Source: Octopus vulgaris
Taxonomy: Eukaryota
NCBI GenBank assembly: GCA_951406725.2
Contig: OX597820.1
Span: 7,130,001 to 7,194,000 of the forward strand
DNA: 64,000 nt
Direction: 5' to 3'
Both the position numbers and the translations under genes were made by a program. Of the stretch, positions 42,511 through 56,499 are shown in pieces; within the stretch, counting starts at the first letter, position 1; each line of letters begins with the position of its first letter. Below the pieces are notes generated by a model that made no database searches, had not been told where the DNA came from, and saw nothing but the letters and a program-made list of their open reading frames with translations.

Positions 42511-42660
42511 TTGTATGTATGTATGTATGTATGTATGTATGTATGTATGTATGTATGTTTGTATGTATGTATGTATGTATGTATGTATGTATGTATGTAT
42601 GAATGTATGTATGAATGTATGTATGTATGTATGTATGTATGTATGCAATCATGTATGTAT
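42376..42660. repeat. (TATG)n tetranucleotide array
   Basis: Direct reading. Confidence 0.96.
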
Positions 42661-43124
42661 TTAGGCTTGTATGCTTTTCTTCTAAAAATCTCGGCCACAA
42701 ACTTTTATATACAAAACATCCATAAAGCAAGTTCATCTTTTGGCTAAGAGAGAATGGAACCTATTTCTAATATGGATCTTATTCTTGTAACATTTACAAA
42801 AAATAAATTAATAATCACCGTCTCGTTTTGAATTATAGCTCTATTGACATTTTTGAATATCTGACCATTTTCATAATAACATTCCATTTTAAATGAACCT
42901 TGCTTTTCAAAAGAAATTAGTTTGTTACAGAAACGAGTGGGTTTTTTTTTTAATATTTGTTGTTTAGTTTTTATTTAAAAGAAGCCAATGAGAGATAAAA
43001 GACATTTTATAATTTCCTTAATGACGGTCTTTAGCGCCTAATTGTAATTTCATATTAAAAAGAAGATTGAAAATAAAACTCGATGATGCTGTATGATACA
43101 TAGTCGTAGCCAGGATAATATGAT

Positions 43125-43299
43125 CAACAACAACAACAACAACAACAACAAAGTAACTGCTACAGCAATAAGAACAACAACAACTAAGAACAACAATATC
43201 AAGAACAGGAACAACAGTAACAATAATAATAATAATAAGAGGAACAAGAAGAAAAACAACAACAACAATAATAATAATAAATAATAATAAATAATAATA

Positions 43300-43339
<40 letters not shown>

Positions 43340-43444
43340 CGTTCTTTATTAAACACAAGCGTTGACAATAAAAATAAAAACAATTATAGTAGTAGTAGCA
43401 GCAGCGACAGTAGCAGCAGTAGTAATAGTAGTAGCAGAAGTAGA

Positions 43445-43477
<33 letters not shown>

Positions 43478-43490
43478 GGTGGTGGTGGTG

Positions 43491-43553
<63 letters not shown>

Positions 43554-43936
43554 ATAAATTAGAAATAATTAAGACGAAGGGAAGAAACAGTCTTTGATGG
43601 GAAACGAATATTCTTTTAATAATACCCGAAAACAACAATAAATTTTTTAAAAAAATATTGTTAATCAGGAAGCGGTACAAGAACAACAACAACAACAAGA
43701 AGAAGAACGCCAACTCCTTCCACAACCTTCTGCTTCTTCATCGCTGACAGCAACAAATGCAAGAGGCGGCATTAACGTCAACAACTACAACAACAACAAC
43801 AATAAGAGCGAGAACGAACTCCCACAACAACAACAACAGCAACAGTTACGATGAACAACATTGAACTTGGAGAACAAGAATTACAACAACAATAAAAAGA
43901 ATCACAGCGGGGAAACAGTTCAACAATATCAATACA

Positions 43937-43995
<59 letters not shown>

Positions 43996-44000
43996 TAATA
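43125..44000. repeat. Compound (AAC)n/(AAT)n/(AGT)n/(GGT)n trinucleotide tract
   Basis: Direct reading. Confidence 0.9.
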
Positions 44001-45254
44001 ATAATAATAATAATAATATAAATTGCTATTGAAGAATCGAACTGGTATTGAGAATTACTGTCAATTAGTTGTAGCCTCGCTACTGCTACCGTTCATCTAT
44101 TGACTTAAAATGAAATTTCCAAAAGAGTTTAATGAATGAATGATTTTCAATATTAATTTTCTTCTAAAATATTACTCTTTTATTATTATTATTATTATTA
44201 TTATTGTTATTGTTATATTTAAGCACATTTTGTTCGGAAATGGAATGAATTTATTTGAACTCAAACAGCACAGGATGCAATCAATTGCAACGTCAGGAGT
44301 CGTACGATGAAATATGTGTCATGACATGGATGTCTTAATGAAAATGTCTTTCTACTCCTGCCTTGAGTCCTACATTTGAACTGACCTTCTCTGCTCCCTA
44401 TATAGTATAAACTAGACAAATAACAGTTCCATTTCTTCGCTGCTCTTAGAAGAGACGCTTCCTGGAGACGCTTTAAATGAACTACTGACCTAAAATACTG
44501 ACTAGAAATAAAGACTGATACTTGTTAATTTTTTGTAACATAATTTTTGAAAGTATTGTAAAAGATCGTATCAAGATTAATTAAATACTTCTGTGCCAGT
44601 ACATTTTGAAAACGAGTCCTTCCTTGATACGTCGCCCCACGTAGAGAGAAAATCTCTTGCAGTCACTGGAATGTTTTAATTATTTCTCTATATTAGCATG
44701 CTTTCATCTGAGCGTTGAACTACGTATATTTTCACACTTCATGCATCCTTTTACTTCCGGAATAGGGTCTTTTAACGAATTATTCATTATAACTGATGTT
44801 CGAAATATATACTGATACGGCTTTCTATCAAAGAGTTCATGGAATGTCGAATACTTTAATTACTGTGCAGAATGAATCTTTCGTAAACTTAAATCATTGT
44901 CAAGGGATATTTTCTGATGTCAAATCAAAACAACCTACGCTTGTCTGACTTTCCTCTTCTTAGTTTTGTCCATTTGTCATCATGTTCGAGTGACTCATGA
45001 TCATGACGTTCTATTCATGACCACTCGGTTTATTTTTAACACAGTTCCAGCAAAAAACTACTATTTCAATTATGAAGTTAAAATATCGGATGGGAGTTGG
45101 ATTTATTAGCTGCTATTTCTAGAATGTCGTGGACCACATCGGCCTAACATTGCCGTTTTAACTCATGGATTGACCTTGGATCAAATACTCAACACCTTAA
45201 ATGTCCAAGTCATCTATCTTTAAAATAATTACCGAGTAAGTCAAGGAATTAGCT

Positions 45255-45435
45255 CGTATGTGGTCACTCGATCAGTTGGAAGTAACTGAAAAATCTCCCT
45301 CAAATAGTACCATATTGTCTTTAAAATAGGAAGGTCGTATTGAGTAATATAATCCTAAGAGCCTTCAAAATCGAATGGTTAGTGATGGGAAAATGTTTGA
45401 TCATAGGCCTGTTCGATTAGTGTTAAAATAGGGTA
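45255..45435 (+). repeat. Old dispersed repeat
   Basis: atgtggtcactcgatc...aaatctccctcaaat...tttgatcataggcctgttcgat. Confidence 0.55.
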
Positions 45436-46078
45436 TACACCACCATCACCGAAGACGACGACGACAATATAACCATTATGCTTATATTGCTGGGTGTACA
45501 AATTCCTTATTTTTATGGATCGGTCAGGTAATTATATGCTGACACATTGAAACGCAATTCTTTTCGATACAATGACAAGTTGAATTCTTCGATGTGACTG
45601 AATCATAGACAAATAATTTCATTGAGTTTAGCACAACCAATTCTATAACCAGATTGGAATTCTAAAATGCAAGAACACAAAATAAAAATGATGCAATAAA
45701 ATGATGATTCGATATCAAAAGGAGAGAAAATAAATATAACTCTTGTCTCCCCATTGTGAAGGAACTACACAGGTTGTTCGTTCTTATATTGTGTATCAGG
45801 GTTCTTCTGTATGACGAGCGGAAAAGAGGGAAAAAAAAAAGAAAAATGGATTTATTTTTGTTACGTTCTTTTACTGACATCAGTCATTGGATTGTCATCA
45901 TGACGATGCTCAATCTTCAAAGGTTTCCAATCCATTATATTGATCTTAGTATTATGTCACGTACTCATTCGATCTATTTCGATTGATCGAATCTCCAACG
46001 TCACAAACGTGCTTGATTTTGCAGAGTTATCTTCCTTTCTCGGTCTGATCTGCCATATGGTATTAACACTAATTTCTA

Positions 46079-46154
<76 letters not shown>

Positions 46155-47159
46155 AACTCGTACATACAATCTATCTACATCGATCTTTTCGTAAATGTAT
46201 GTGTTTTGTGTTGAGTTTACATTTAAAGGGCCATTTTAAAGAAGTTCTCATGAAATGTATTTTGCACTCAATACCAGAAATAAGTTATTACAGATTTCTA
46301 TCAGTTAAATAGTATTCACACAGAATCCAGCTACCAGCGAGAAACAAAATACTGGACACGAAAATAGAACCGGATTCTCATCAAACAACTAGAAGTAAGA
46401 ATAGCGGAGACGACTGTAAAGCCGACATCTAATTCCCCAAAGGAACCGAGAATGCTAGAGACGAGAGTCGAGCCAGTTTTTCGCTGTAAATCTTCGTGTT
46501 CAATTACAGAAACAACCATTTTGTTAATCGCTATTTCTATTCTATTATTGTTAATTTGGTTTAAATCATGGTGTCTCTGAGTGACCACATCTACCATCGA
46601 AGCCATTCCAAACATGACTAATACATTGATCTAAAGTAACTTTATCCATCTGCAAGTCCAAAGCATGTTACGTGAGAAGAAACAGCCCCCCCCCCCGTCG
46701 AAACGATTCTTCGTGTCTGCCCTTTCGACCAACTGTCTCTTAGATCACCATTACTGGTTCCTCTGACCCGACTAAATCTCACAATATATTTTCCAAAGTA
46801 CCCTTCTATTTTTGTAAGAGAAGAGAAGGTGACACGGAACAGATAAGAATGGTTGTTATTGTTGTTGTTGCCGTAGTTGCTTAGTCGCAAGTGAATCTTA
46901 ATTTATCAAACCTATGATTAAAGGCATTCTAACCATGACTATTCCTCTTTCTATGACAAAATACCCAGAACTATTCAGTCCTAGGTCTCCGTCATGTATC
47001 AAGAATGTGCTGTGTGATTTGGAAAAGAAATGGTCGCAGGTTTTAACATATCGAGTCACCAGATAGAAGTTGCAACCTACTTACCACACAGCCACATTCC
47101 TGCGCCTTTGAGCATATATTTAAGTCGCTATGCTATTAAAGTCTGCTGCTCTTAACGGA

Positions 47160-47249
<90 letters not shown>

Positions 47250-47399
47250 CATGATTCATTGCAGTTAGGCATCCAAATTCACTTGGAGCATCCAATGCTG
47301 AATTCCGAATAAAGGCGAATGAAACGTTCAAAGGAACTAAATACTTATATTTAGTGTTTATCGTTATTTTCCAATACTATATGTTATGATATATATATA

Positions 47400-47595
47400 T
47401 AAAGTTAATCCAAACATGAAAACACAAAGAGAAAACACGACAACGCGAGGACGTGGAACAAGTATAGTATTATTTGACGCTCAGGAAAGAAGGAAAGAAG
47501 GAAAATATAACGTTTCGAGCAGAGCTCTTCGTCAGAAACATAAGAAAGGGAAAGATCCAAGGAAGGGAAGACGGAGGAAAAAATCGCCAATCGTA
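47400..47595 (-). mobile_element. Hammerhead-bearing short element, family B
   Basis: Homologous to 58478-58660; (TA)n flanks. Confidence 0.72.
47471..47540 (-). ncRNA. Type I hammerhead ribozyme with pyrimidine-rich loop III
   Basis: tgttt-CTGACGA-a-gagc-tct-gctc-GAAACGTT-[~30 nt]-gagcGTC-aaata. Confidence 0.6.
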
Positions 47596-48089
47596 TATAT
47601 ATATACACGCTTTATCTATCTTGAATCATATGAAAGCGATGAATATTGGATGCTTATTTTGTGTACAATTCAGTGCTTTGGGAGTTGCAGGAAAATTCGC
47701 AGTTTTGGCATACGTGATTACTGCAAACTGAAACTCAATTCAAAGAAGAATAATTCACCCTAGACTAAATTTCGAAGTCACAATCAACAATTTATACACA
47801 CAGAGAATAAAAGAAGTTCTTTCTGGTCTTTGCAACTTAATAACTGTCCCTTTTATGTAATCCCAGTCGCTCAATCTTCATATTTTGAACCCGATTCACA
47901 AAGTATGTGTCGTTGGCCATAAATGCTGTCCCTTTTAGCAAATATTAAGTGTTTGTGTAAGGGAGAGAGAAAGAGATGGTAAGGGGAAAGAGAAAAGGGG
48001 AGAGATACAGTGACAAGAAGGAGTTCATGCATAAGTGTGCTTGCGCGTTAGACAGGCAGCGTGTATGTGCATTTAAGTTTATAAGTTAT

Positions 48090-48127
<38 letters not shown>

Positions 48128-48286
48128 GAAATACAAAACTATATATGTATGTGTGTTTTCATGCGTGTGTTATATTTGTGTTTGTTGTCTCTTGTGGGGT
48201 GGGGGTTGCTTGTTGTTGTGTGTATGTATGTGTATATAATTGAATTTCTTCATTTCTCCTATATTCTTATTTTCTACTACACTCAC

Positions 48287-48317
<31 letters not shown>

Positions 48318-49469
48318 GACGCAAACACAGCGCCATTGCCATTATTCAACACGCCGTCCTTTTCTGTTTTACTCGGAAACTCTGTATATAGCTAGAGGTT
48401 ATGAAAATATAAATTTTGTGTCACTCAAATCCGCTAGACATATTGGCGCTTAGTTCAGTAATGGAACAGTCGAATGATTCCGAAGATCTCTGTGAATTAG
48501 AATATAATTCTTTGACATACTTGAATAGAATTCAAAAATGGCATCTAGGAAGTATTTATTCTTTATTAAATCCGATTTCGAGTGATTTGTTTTGGGTTTA
48601 TTTTTTCTTCTTCAGTATAACAAAATGAAAACAAAATCCCTTTAAAAATCTTCTAATTTAATTCATTGGACAACTGTTGTTTAATAGTTTAGAACCGAAA
48701 AGCTATATGAATGTTCGATACATCCGGGTTCATTTACTTGTTGTAAAGAGGGAGAGAAATAGCGGAGATAAGTAGGTAATTTGTATTTTTATTTATTTCT
48801 AAATTACTCTATAAGCTGGCAAAAAATATTTTAGTTTGTATTATCAATATTAAATCTAAATTAGATAAGTATAGGCAAATTCAACTACTTAGAGACGTAC
48901 TTGTATTTAAATTCATTTTATTATTCTAATTAGCCGTTTTCCACTTAAATGTTGGGTGAGAAAGGTTACTGGAGCATAATGAGGTAAAAATGTCTCTGTT
49001 TTAATTGATTACGCTCAATACATTTACATGAAGTAAAGATTTAGTAATCGTTACACAATGGCAGAACGGAGAGAAAGAGGAAAAAGAGAAAAGGAGAAAG
49101 TAAAAGAGTAGCGGTAATGCTTAACTGACTAAAAGATACACAACTAATCAATGTTATTGATCCACCAACATTTTTGTATATATTGTAATAATGTATTGGT
49201 CTTGTTTTTAATATTGCTTAGCCAGAAGAGGAACATCAGCGCCGGTGACCTTTTTTGTTGGCTTTTTCGAGATCGAGAGATTGGGGCTGGGAGGGGAAGC
49301 AGGTTTTCTGGTGGAATCATTTAAAAGAGCTGTACAAAAAGGGATCGAGATGTTCTCAAACAGAAAACATATATATATATATATATACTCATATATATAT
49401 ACATATATACATGTATACATGCATGTACATATGTATATATGCATATATATATATATATATTTGTGTGTG

Positions 49470-49509
<40 letters not shown>

Positions 49510-49570
49510 CACACACATACACACACACGCACACACATATATATATATATTTATTTATTTATTTATTGAT

Positions 49571-49788
49571 AGAAAGGGCAAGACAGCAAAAGATTGAAAG
49601 AGACCTCGATATTATGTAAATAGAGGAATTTATCTGTAAATATACTATATGACAATTTTTCGGTAGCCATGATAAAACTCCGAGTGGCCCGATAACTGAA
49701 GAGATGCCGGTGTGGGTTCCAGCCGCGACATCCGAAACTCAGAGTTTTATCATGGTTACCGAAAAATTGTCACATTATTATATTTACA
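49571..49788 (+). mobile_element. Family C fold-back element (arms 49635-49685 / 49737-49788)
   Basis: Inverted arms around a hammerhead; tail is the reverse complement of 2150-2205. Confidence 0.78.
49691..49751 (+). ncRNA. Minimal type I hammerhead ribozyme
   Basis: gataa-CTGAAGA-gatg...catc-c-GAAACTC-a-GAGTT-ttatc; palindromic stem III of dimeric-type minimal hammerheads. Confidence 0.68.
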
Positions 49789-49807
49789 CACACACATACA
49801 GACGAAC

Positions 49808-49893
<86 letters not shown>

Positions 49894-50115
49894 ATAGACA
49901 GATTGATAGAGAGATACACAGGTAGGTAGGTAGGTAGATAGGTAGGTAGGTAGGTAGGTAAGTAGGTAGATAGATAGGTAGGTAGGTACGTAGGTAGGTA
50001 AGTAGGTAGATAGATAGATAGGTAGGTAGGTAGGTAGGTAGGTAGGTAGGTAGGTAGGTAAGTAGGTAGGTAGGTAGGTAGGTAGGTAGGTAGGTAGGTA
50101 GACAGATAGATAGAT
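49808..50115. repeat. (GATA)n / (GGTA)n compound array
   Basis: Direct reading. Confidence 0.95.
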
Positions 50116-50626
50116 ACATACATATATACATAAACACACGTTTAGAGACAGAAGTAAATGGAGAGACAGAGAAATAGGGACAGGTAGACACACACACACA
50201 CATACGTATATATACTTACATACATATATATGCATGTATGTGTATACAAGCACACACGTATGTACATGTATGCACGGATAGGGAAACAGACTTTACAAAT
50301 AGCTACGAATGTGTAACTTAACATATAATGATATTTGTAAGCGTATGTTACAATAAATATGATATCTCAACAGGCCAACCATCAACGTTAAATTGTGGAA
50401 TATAGGGTTATGGTGCTGACAGATATCAATCTAAGACGAGTCACACCAATGTTGTATGGAGAGTAGTGCAAGAGAAATTGTCGCTTCATTTGTGAGCTCA
50501 TGTGTAACAATATATGACTTGAAAATATTATCGTGTTGACTGGTGACACTAATAAGATTAGTGTTGGGCGATCTTGTATAGTAATGACGGAGAGATAAGT
50601 CGTATAAAGAGTACCTCTCACATCCT

Positions 50627-50727
<101 letters not shown>

Positions 50728-51230
50728 ATGTGAGAAATATATATGTATGTATACACACACGCACACATACACATGTCCGCATACAGAAGTGTATGCCACA
50801 TACACATTTACAAATAATCGCTCAAACACAATCGCAAACTAATACACACACAACAAGAACACGCACACATGCATATTAACTGACACACACATGCTGAGAA
50901 AGTAAAGGTAGACGAAACAGATATAATTTAGAATATTTATTTAATAATCATTACATACACCGTGATGGCAAAATATACTCCATAAAAGTTATATATTTAT
51001 AAAATCTTCTTAAAATATAGATATATACATATGCGTTTGTGTGTGTGTATGTTTACTTTTATAACGCAATAAAATAAGATTAAAGTCAATTTAGGGTCAC
51101 TCAGTACATTTGGTGGAATGCGAACTTGTTATTCTTTGACAAGAATAGTATTGAGAGCGATTTCGAAGTTTAGACCAACGAATCAATAACCGGACTATAT
51201 ACATATATATATATATATATAAATATATAT

Positions 51231-51598
51231 TCTTTTATTTGTTTCAGTTATTTGACTGAGGCCATGCTGGAGCACCACCTTTAGTCGAAGAAATCGACGC
51301 CAGCACATATTCTTTGTTGGCCTAGTACTTATTCTAACGGTCTCTTTTGCCCAACTGCTAAGATGCAGGGACGTGTACACACCGACCTCGGTTGTGAAGC
51401 GATGGTGAGTGACAAACACACACACACACACACATATATATACGACAGGCTTCTTTTAGTTTCCGTCTATCATATCCACTTACAAGTCTTTGCTCGGCCC
51501 GATGCTATAGTAGAAGACACTTGCCCAAGGTACCACGCGGTGGGACTGAACCCGAAACCATGTGGTTGGTAAGGAAGCTACTTACCACACAGCCTGCG

Positions 51599-51601
<3 letters not shown>
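51231..51601 (-). mobile_element. SINE S2
   Basis: Full-length homolog of 9488-9923; (TA)n flanks. Confidence 0.87.
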
Positions 51602-51645
<44 letters not shown>

Positions 51646-51648
<3 letters not shown>

Positions 51649-51898
51649 TAAAAACGGTAAGATAACAAAAGAAAGAAAGAGACCTCAATATTATGTTTCT
51701 AGAGGAAATTTATCTATAAAATAATATGTTACATTACTCAATAGTCAAGATAAAACTCTCAGTTTCAGATGCCGAAGTAGAAATCCACTTTCATAGCGTT
51801 TTTCAGATGGCCAGATAACCGAAGAGATGGTGTTGTGGATTTCCACTTCGGCATCTGAAACTGAGAGTTTTATCTTGACTATTGAGTAATCTAACATA

Positions 51899-51905
<7 letters not shown>
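51646..51905 (+). mobile_element. Family C fold-back element (70-bp arms 51719-51788 / 51835-51904), hammerhead core mutated to CCGAAGA
   Basis: Inverted arms; homology to the 2061 and 49571 copies; (TA)n on both sides. Confidence 0.78.
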
Positions 51906-51939
<34 letters not shown>

Positions 51940-52018
51940 GGTCCCGGGTTGAGTCGGGGTTAACCACAGTAAATAAGGTACTCAATACATAGCAGAGTAA
52001 ATTAATTTATTATATAGA

Positions 52019-52076
52019 AGGAGCTTTTACAGGACTAGAACTGTTTCATTCAAAAGAAATCATCAGGAAGCTTCCT
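52019..52076 (-). ncRNA. Mirror hammerhead ribozyme on the opposite strand
   Basis: Same fold via the palindrome; first stem-I pair mismatched (gta-aaagctcct). Confidence 0.65.
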
Positions 52077-52120
52077 GATGATTTCTTTTGAATGAAACAG
52101 TTCTAGTCCTGTAGAAGCTC

Positions 52121-52122
<2 letters not shown>
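52065..52122 (+). ncRNA. Type I hammerhead ribozyme (predicted cleavage after GUA, 52113)
   Basis: Stem I agg(a)agcttc/gaagctcct; CTGATGA; stem II (t)ttc-tttt-gaa(t); GAA; stem III ACAG/CTGT; triplet GTA. Confidence 0.78.
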
Positions 52123-52175
<53 letters not shown>

Positions 52176-52795
52176 CACACACACACACACACACATACAT
52201 ATATATACAGCCCATTTGTAGCCGTTACAAGGAAAAGTTTAACCAGTATTGTTTTAAAATTAAATCTTGTGATACTCGTTGCAGAATTTTATAAATTTTA
52301 GTATTCTACCTTTACATTATTGGCGTTAGTTATATTTATATATTTTTGATAAGGTGCAATGCATTTTCTGAACCGTGTTTCTAAGACTTTTAATCACGTG
52401 TTCTCATCTTTCGTTAATAAAAATTTGACGACCTGATATAAGCTATATTTATATGGCAGATGTGTAATGTCTGGTGTAGTTACTTTCGGTTGTTTCTGAA
52501 ATTTTTCTATGGCTTGGTCTTTGTAGCTTGCTCATAAGAAACTTTTGTAGTCGTGTAACTCTCTTTACTCTGCAGATTTCCCCTCCCTCTCTCTCTATCT
52601 ATATATCCTTTACTCACTTTCTCTCCCAAACTCATCAATTTCTCTTTATACATATATCTTATACATATATCTTCTTGAAAATACAAGTTGAAACACATAC
52701 ACACACACACAGGTATTCCTACCCATGTACACGCATTCACATATAGGTATATACACACATGTAGAGGCAGAAGGGAGTGGAGAGACAGACAGATT

Positions 52796-52833
<38 letters not shown>

Positions 52834-53340
52834 GTGTGTGTGTGTGTCTTTCTTATGTATAATACTTTAAGATGAGAAGATATATGTATACATGTGTGTG
52901 TGTATACATTCATTACAACGTAAGTATTACCAGTGACTGTCATATCAACAGGCTTAAAATATTTTCTCAATAACTGGAGGTACAGATTATCATAACATAG
53001 ATTAACCACCAAATACACATACACAAACATAGAATTAACTATCATAAGCAAATACATACATCCACAAATTCGTACGTTTAATGCATAAACTAAAACAGAA
53101 GTTAACATTAAACAATTTCACCCTTACATACATGTAGGCACCTCGTTTCTCTGTCTGTGTCTACATATTAACCACAAAATCTAGCTACTTATCAATTTAT
53201 CAATGTGTCCGTCTGTCTGTCTATATACCTATCTACATATCTTGCATACGTGTCTATTTATCTATCTGTCAATCTGTGTTGTCTGACTGCCTGTCTCTCC
53301 ACTTCCATCTGCCTCTACATATGTGTATATATATCTATAC

Positions 53341-53755
53341 AAGGCGGCGAGCTGGCAGAACCGTTAGCACGCCGGGCGAAATGCGTAGCGGTATTTCGTC
53401 TGCCGTTACGTTCTGAGTTCAAATTCTGCCGAGGTCGACTTTGCCTTTCATCCTTTCGGGGTCGATTAAATACGTACCAGTTACGCACTGGGGTCGATAT
53501 AATCGACTTAATCCGTTTGTCAATCTTTGTTTGTCCTCTCTGTGTTTAGCCCCTTATGGGCAGTAAAGAAATAGGTATTTCGTCTGCCGTTACGTTCTGA
53601 GTTCAAATTCTGCCGAGGTCGACTTTGCCTTTCATCCTTTCGGGGTCGATTAAATACGTACCAGTTTCGCACTGGGGTCGATATAATCGACTTAATCCCT
53701 TTGTCTCTCCTTGTTTGTTCTCTCTGTGTTTAGCCCCTTGTGGGCAATAAAGAAA
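53341..53755 (+). mobile_element. SINE S1 dimer
   Basis: Body duplicated with junction aaagaaatag|gtatttcgtctgcc at ~53573. Confidence 0.92.
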
Positions 53756-54156
53756 TATATATGTGAATACGTATACATGGGTAGGAATACATGTGTGTGT
53801 GTGTGTGTGTGTGTTTCAACTAGTATTTTCAAGATTAAAAAACTGCATAGGCAAATTCTAATTCCAAAGTTAGCTTTTGATAATATATTCTAATGATTCT
53901 GGTAGCTTGTTGCTTTTCAAGACGTATGATATAACGAGGAAACTTCGAGTCACTGTCAATACGGTTGTTTTGATTATATTTAGCACTAAAATTGGGTTAA
54001 TGCCAATGTGCTTTTTGTTTTTCATTTGCATAAAAGCAAACACAAATATGTTAGAGATTAAAATGAAGAATATGTTAAGTTTACAACTCATGAGTAATCG
54101 GGTTTTGTCTATCAGAGTTGCACACTATCCCTTTCAACGAAATTATATTCATAATG

Positions 54157-54546
54157 TTATGGAAGCACTCCGTCGGTTACGACGACGAGGGTTCCGGTTG
54201 ATCCAAATCAACGGAACTACCTGCTCGTGAAATTAACGTGTAAGTGGCTGAGCATTCCACAGACACATGTACCCTTAACGTAGTTCTCGGGGATATTCAG
54301 CGTGACACAGAGAGTGACAAGGCCAGCCCTTTGAAATACAGGTACAGCAGAAACAGGAAGTAAGAGTGAGAGAAAGTTGTGGTGAAAGAGTACAGCAGGG
54401 ATCACCACCATCCCATGCCGGAGCCTTGTGGAGCTTTTAGGTGTTTTCGCTCAATAAACACTCACAACGCCCGGTCTGGGAATCGAAACCGCGATCCTAT
54501 GACCGCGAGTTCGCTGCCCTAACCACTGGGCCATTGCGCCTCCACA
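54157..54546 (-). mobile_element. SINE S3, tail type A, full length
   Basis: tRNA-like head; tail ...cgtcgtaaccgacggagtgcttccat. Confidence 0.9.
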
Positions 54547-55018
54547 CATAATTTTATACACGGTACGAGACTATAGTGGGAAAAAAAAAACATTTCTCAA
54601 AACGTGGCGAATATAATCCAACAGAATGTAATATCGGAGAAAATGGTCATAAGGTCAGTGGAAAAATATGAAGAATGACTCTGTTGATTGACTAATTCAC
54701 GATAATAAATACTGAGGGATATATCAAATGTTACATAGTTTCGGGTTGAAGAATGTAGATCTGTGCAGTACAACATCAATGTCAAACTATGGCGAGGGTC
54801 AGGTAAAAATAAACATGAAAAAACAACCAAAAGTTCTAAGGTAACTTAGTAAACTTAGAGTCTCATTTTACATTTTCAGCGTTGGTCAAAGACAATGGAA
54901 TTTGTCCAAGACGCCACCGATCTTGAATGTCTAGCAACTGAAGAGCAAGAAGATAAAATATCATAATAGACTTACAGGAATACATACCTTCATACATGAA
55001 TGCATGCATGCATCCATT

Positions 55019-55050
<32 letters not shown>

Positions 55051-55260
55051 TATATACATATATGTATATACACACACATATATATATACACACACATATA
55101 CACACACATACACACACACATATATATATCATATACATATATATGCATATGTATATATATATACATATATATAAATATGTATATATATATACATATACAT
55201 ACATGTATATACACACGCATACACACACACATACACACGCATATATATATATAGAGAGAG

Positions 55261-55332
<72 letters not shown>

Positions 55333-56499
55333 GGGGGGAGAAGCAGCTAGTTTTAAATCGCTGAGCGAAATATATGTATAGTAACAGTACCGAATAGTAA
55401 AGTTTATTTGCTAACAGAATGTGGCAAATTCTACACAGGTCCGATGTTACTGTCGTTTAGCCCCAGGAAAACATCTTCTCCGGCTGGCTATCGACACACA
55501 TTGTGTGTCCGTATAGTATGAGCAAGGGAGGTCATCGTCTCTATCTCTAGCCTTCGTGATATTCACAGACCTAGGTTTCTGGGTTGTTTTCCGTCCTTGG
55601 TGAGAGAGAATCACAGGCCAGTGATCGGGGCTCTCTCAGCTTGCTTATATATTATATACGTTTTTTAACTGACACACAGTTGCTGATCTCGTAAAGAGAA
55701 AAAAACAGCTAGTTTTAAATCTCTGAGCTAGAGGTATACAGTATATACACACATACACACACACGCATATATAAATGTGTGTGTGTGTGTGTGTGTGAGT
55801 GTGTGTGCGTGTGTGTGTGTGAGTGTGTGTGTTAGTGTGTGAGTATGTGTGTGCGTGTGTGCGTGTGTGCGTATGTGTGCGTGTGTGTGTGTGTGTGTGT
55901 ATATGTGTGCGTGTGCGTGTGCGTGTGTGTGTGTGTGTGTATACACATAAGCTATGTATTTGCTCTGCATTAATGTCCTAAGTTCAAACGCCGCTGAAAT
56001 CGACTTTGCATTCTGCCTATAGTAAAAAGTAAAGTTCGTTATATTTTTATATGATATTTAATTTGGGAGAGATTTCTCAGTGGCTCTCAATAAAATTTCA
56101 ATGTTATACCATAGTCTAGTACCGAGTCATTTAATACATCAATCCTCTTTGCTTTTTATGTATACTATTATCTTTTAAGGTTTATAATTTATTTAAGCGC
56201 GTGTGTACCTGCGTTTTGTTTGTATTATTGTCCGCATGTATGTGTGTGTGTATGTGTGCATGTTTGTGTGTGAATGAAATACTTATATTCCTCTCACTTC
56301 GGTTTACTATTCATTTACGACGAGGAGCAATCGCAAAACACCATGTCACACTTCACAAAACAAAGTCTTAGAAAGATACGAGAGGGTTCTGATTTTTTTA
56401 GTCCATAAAATTACCCACAAAATGCATTACCCAAGAAAGGAATTCTCCTATTGCAATACAAAATCGAAATGAAAAAAGTATTTATTGGCTGCCCTGGGA

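Larger units (their letters stand above)
51937..52124. mobile_element. Family E element: tail plus 104-bp palindrome (52019-52122)
   Basis: Palindrome centred on aag|ctt (52070/52071) with one mismatch; (TA)n on both sides. Confidence 0.8.

Noticed and set aside
46331-46615. 94-aa ORF in unique sequence
   Set aside because: No recognisable motif or splice signals; length expected by chance
54863-54960. Good-looking splice acceptors on both strands
   Set aside because: Short peptides with no recognisable homology and no convincing donor
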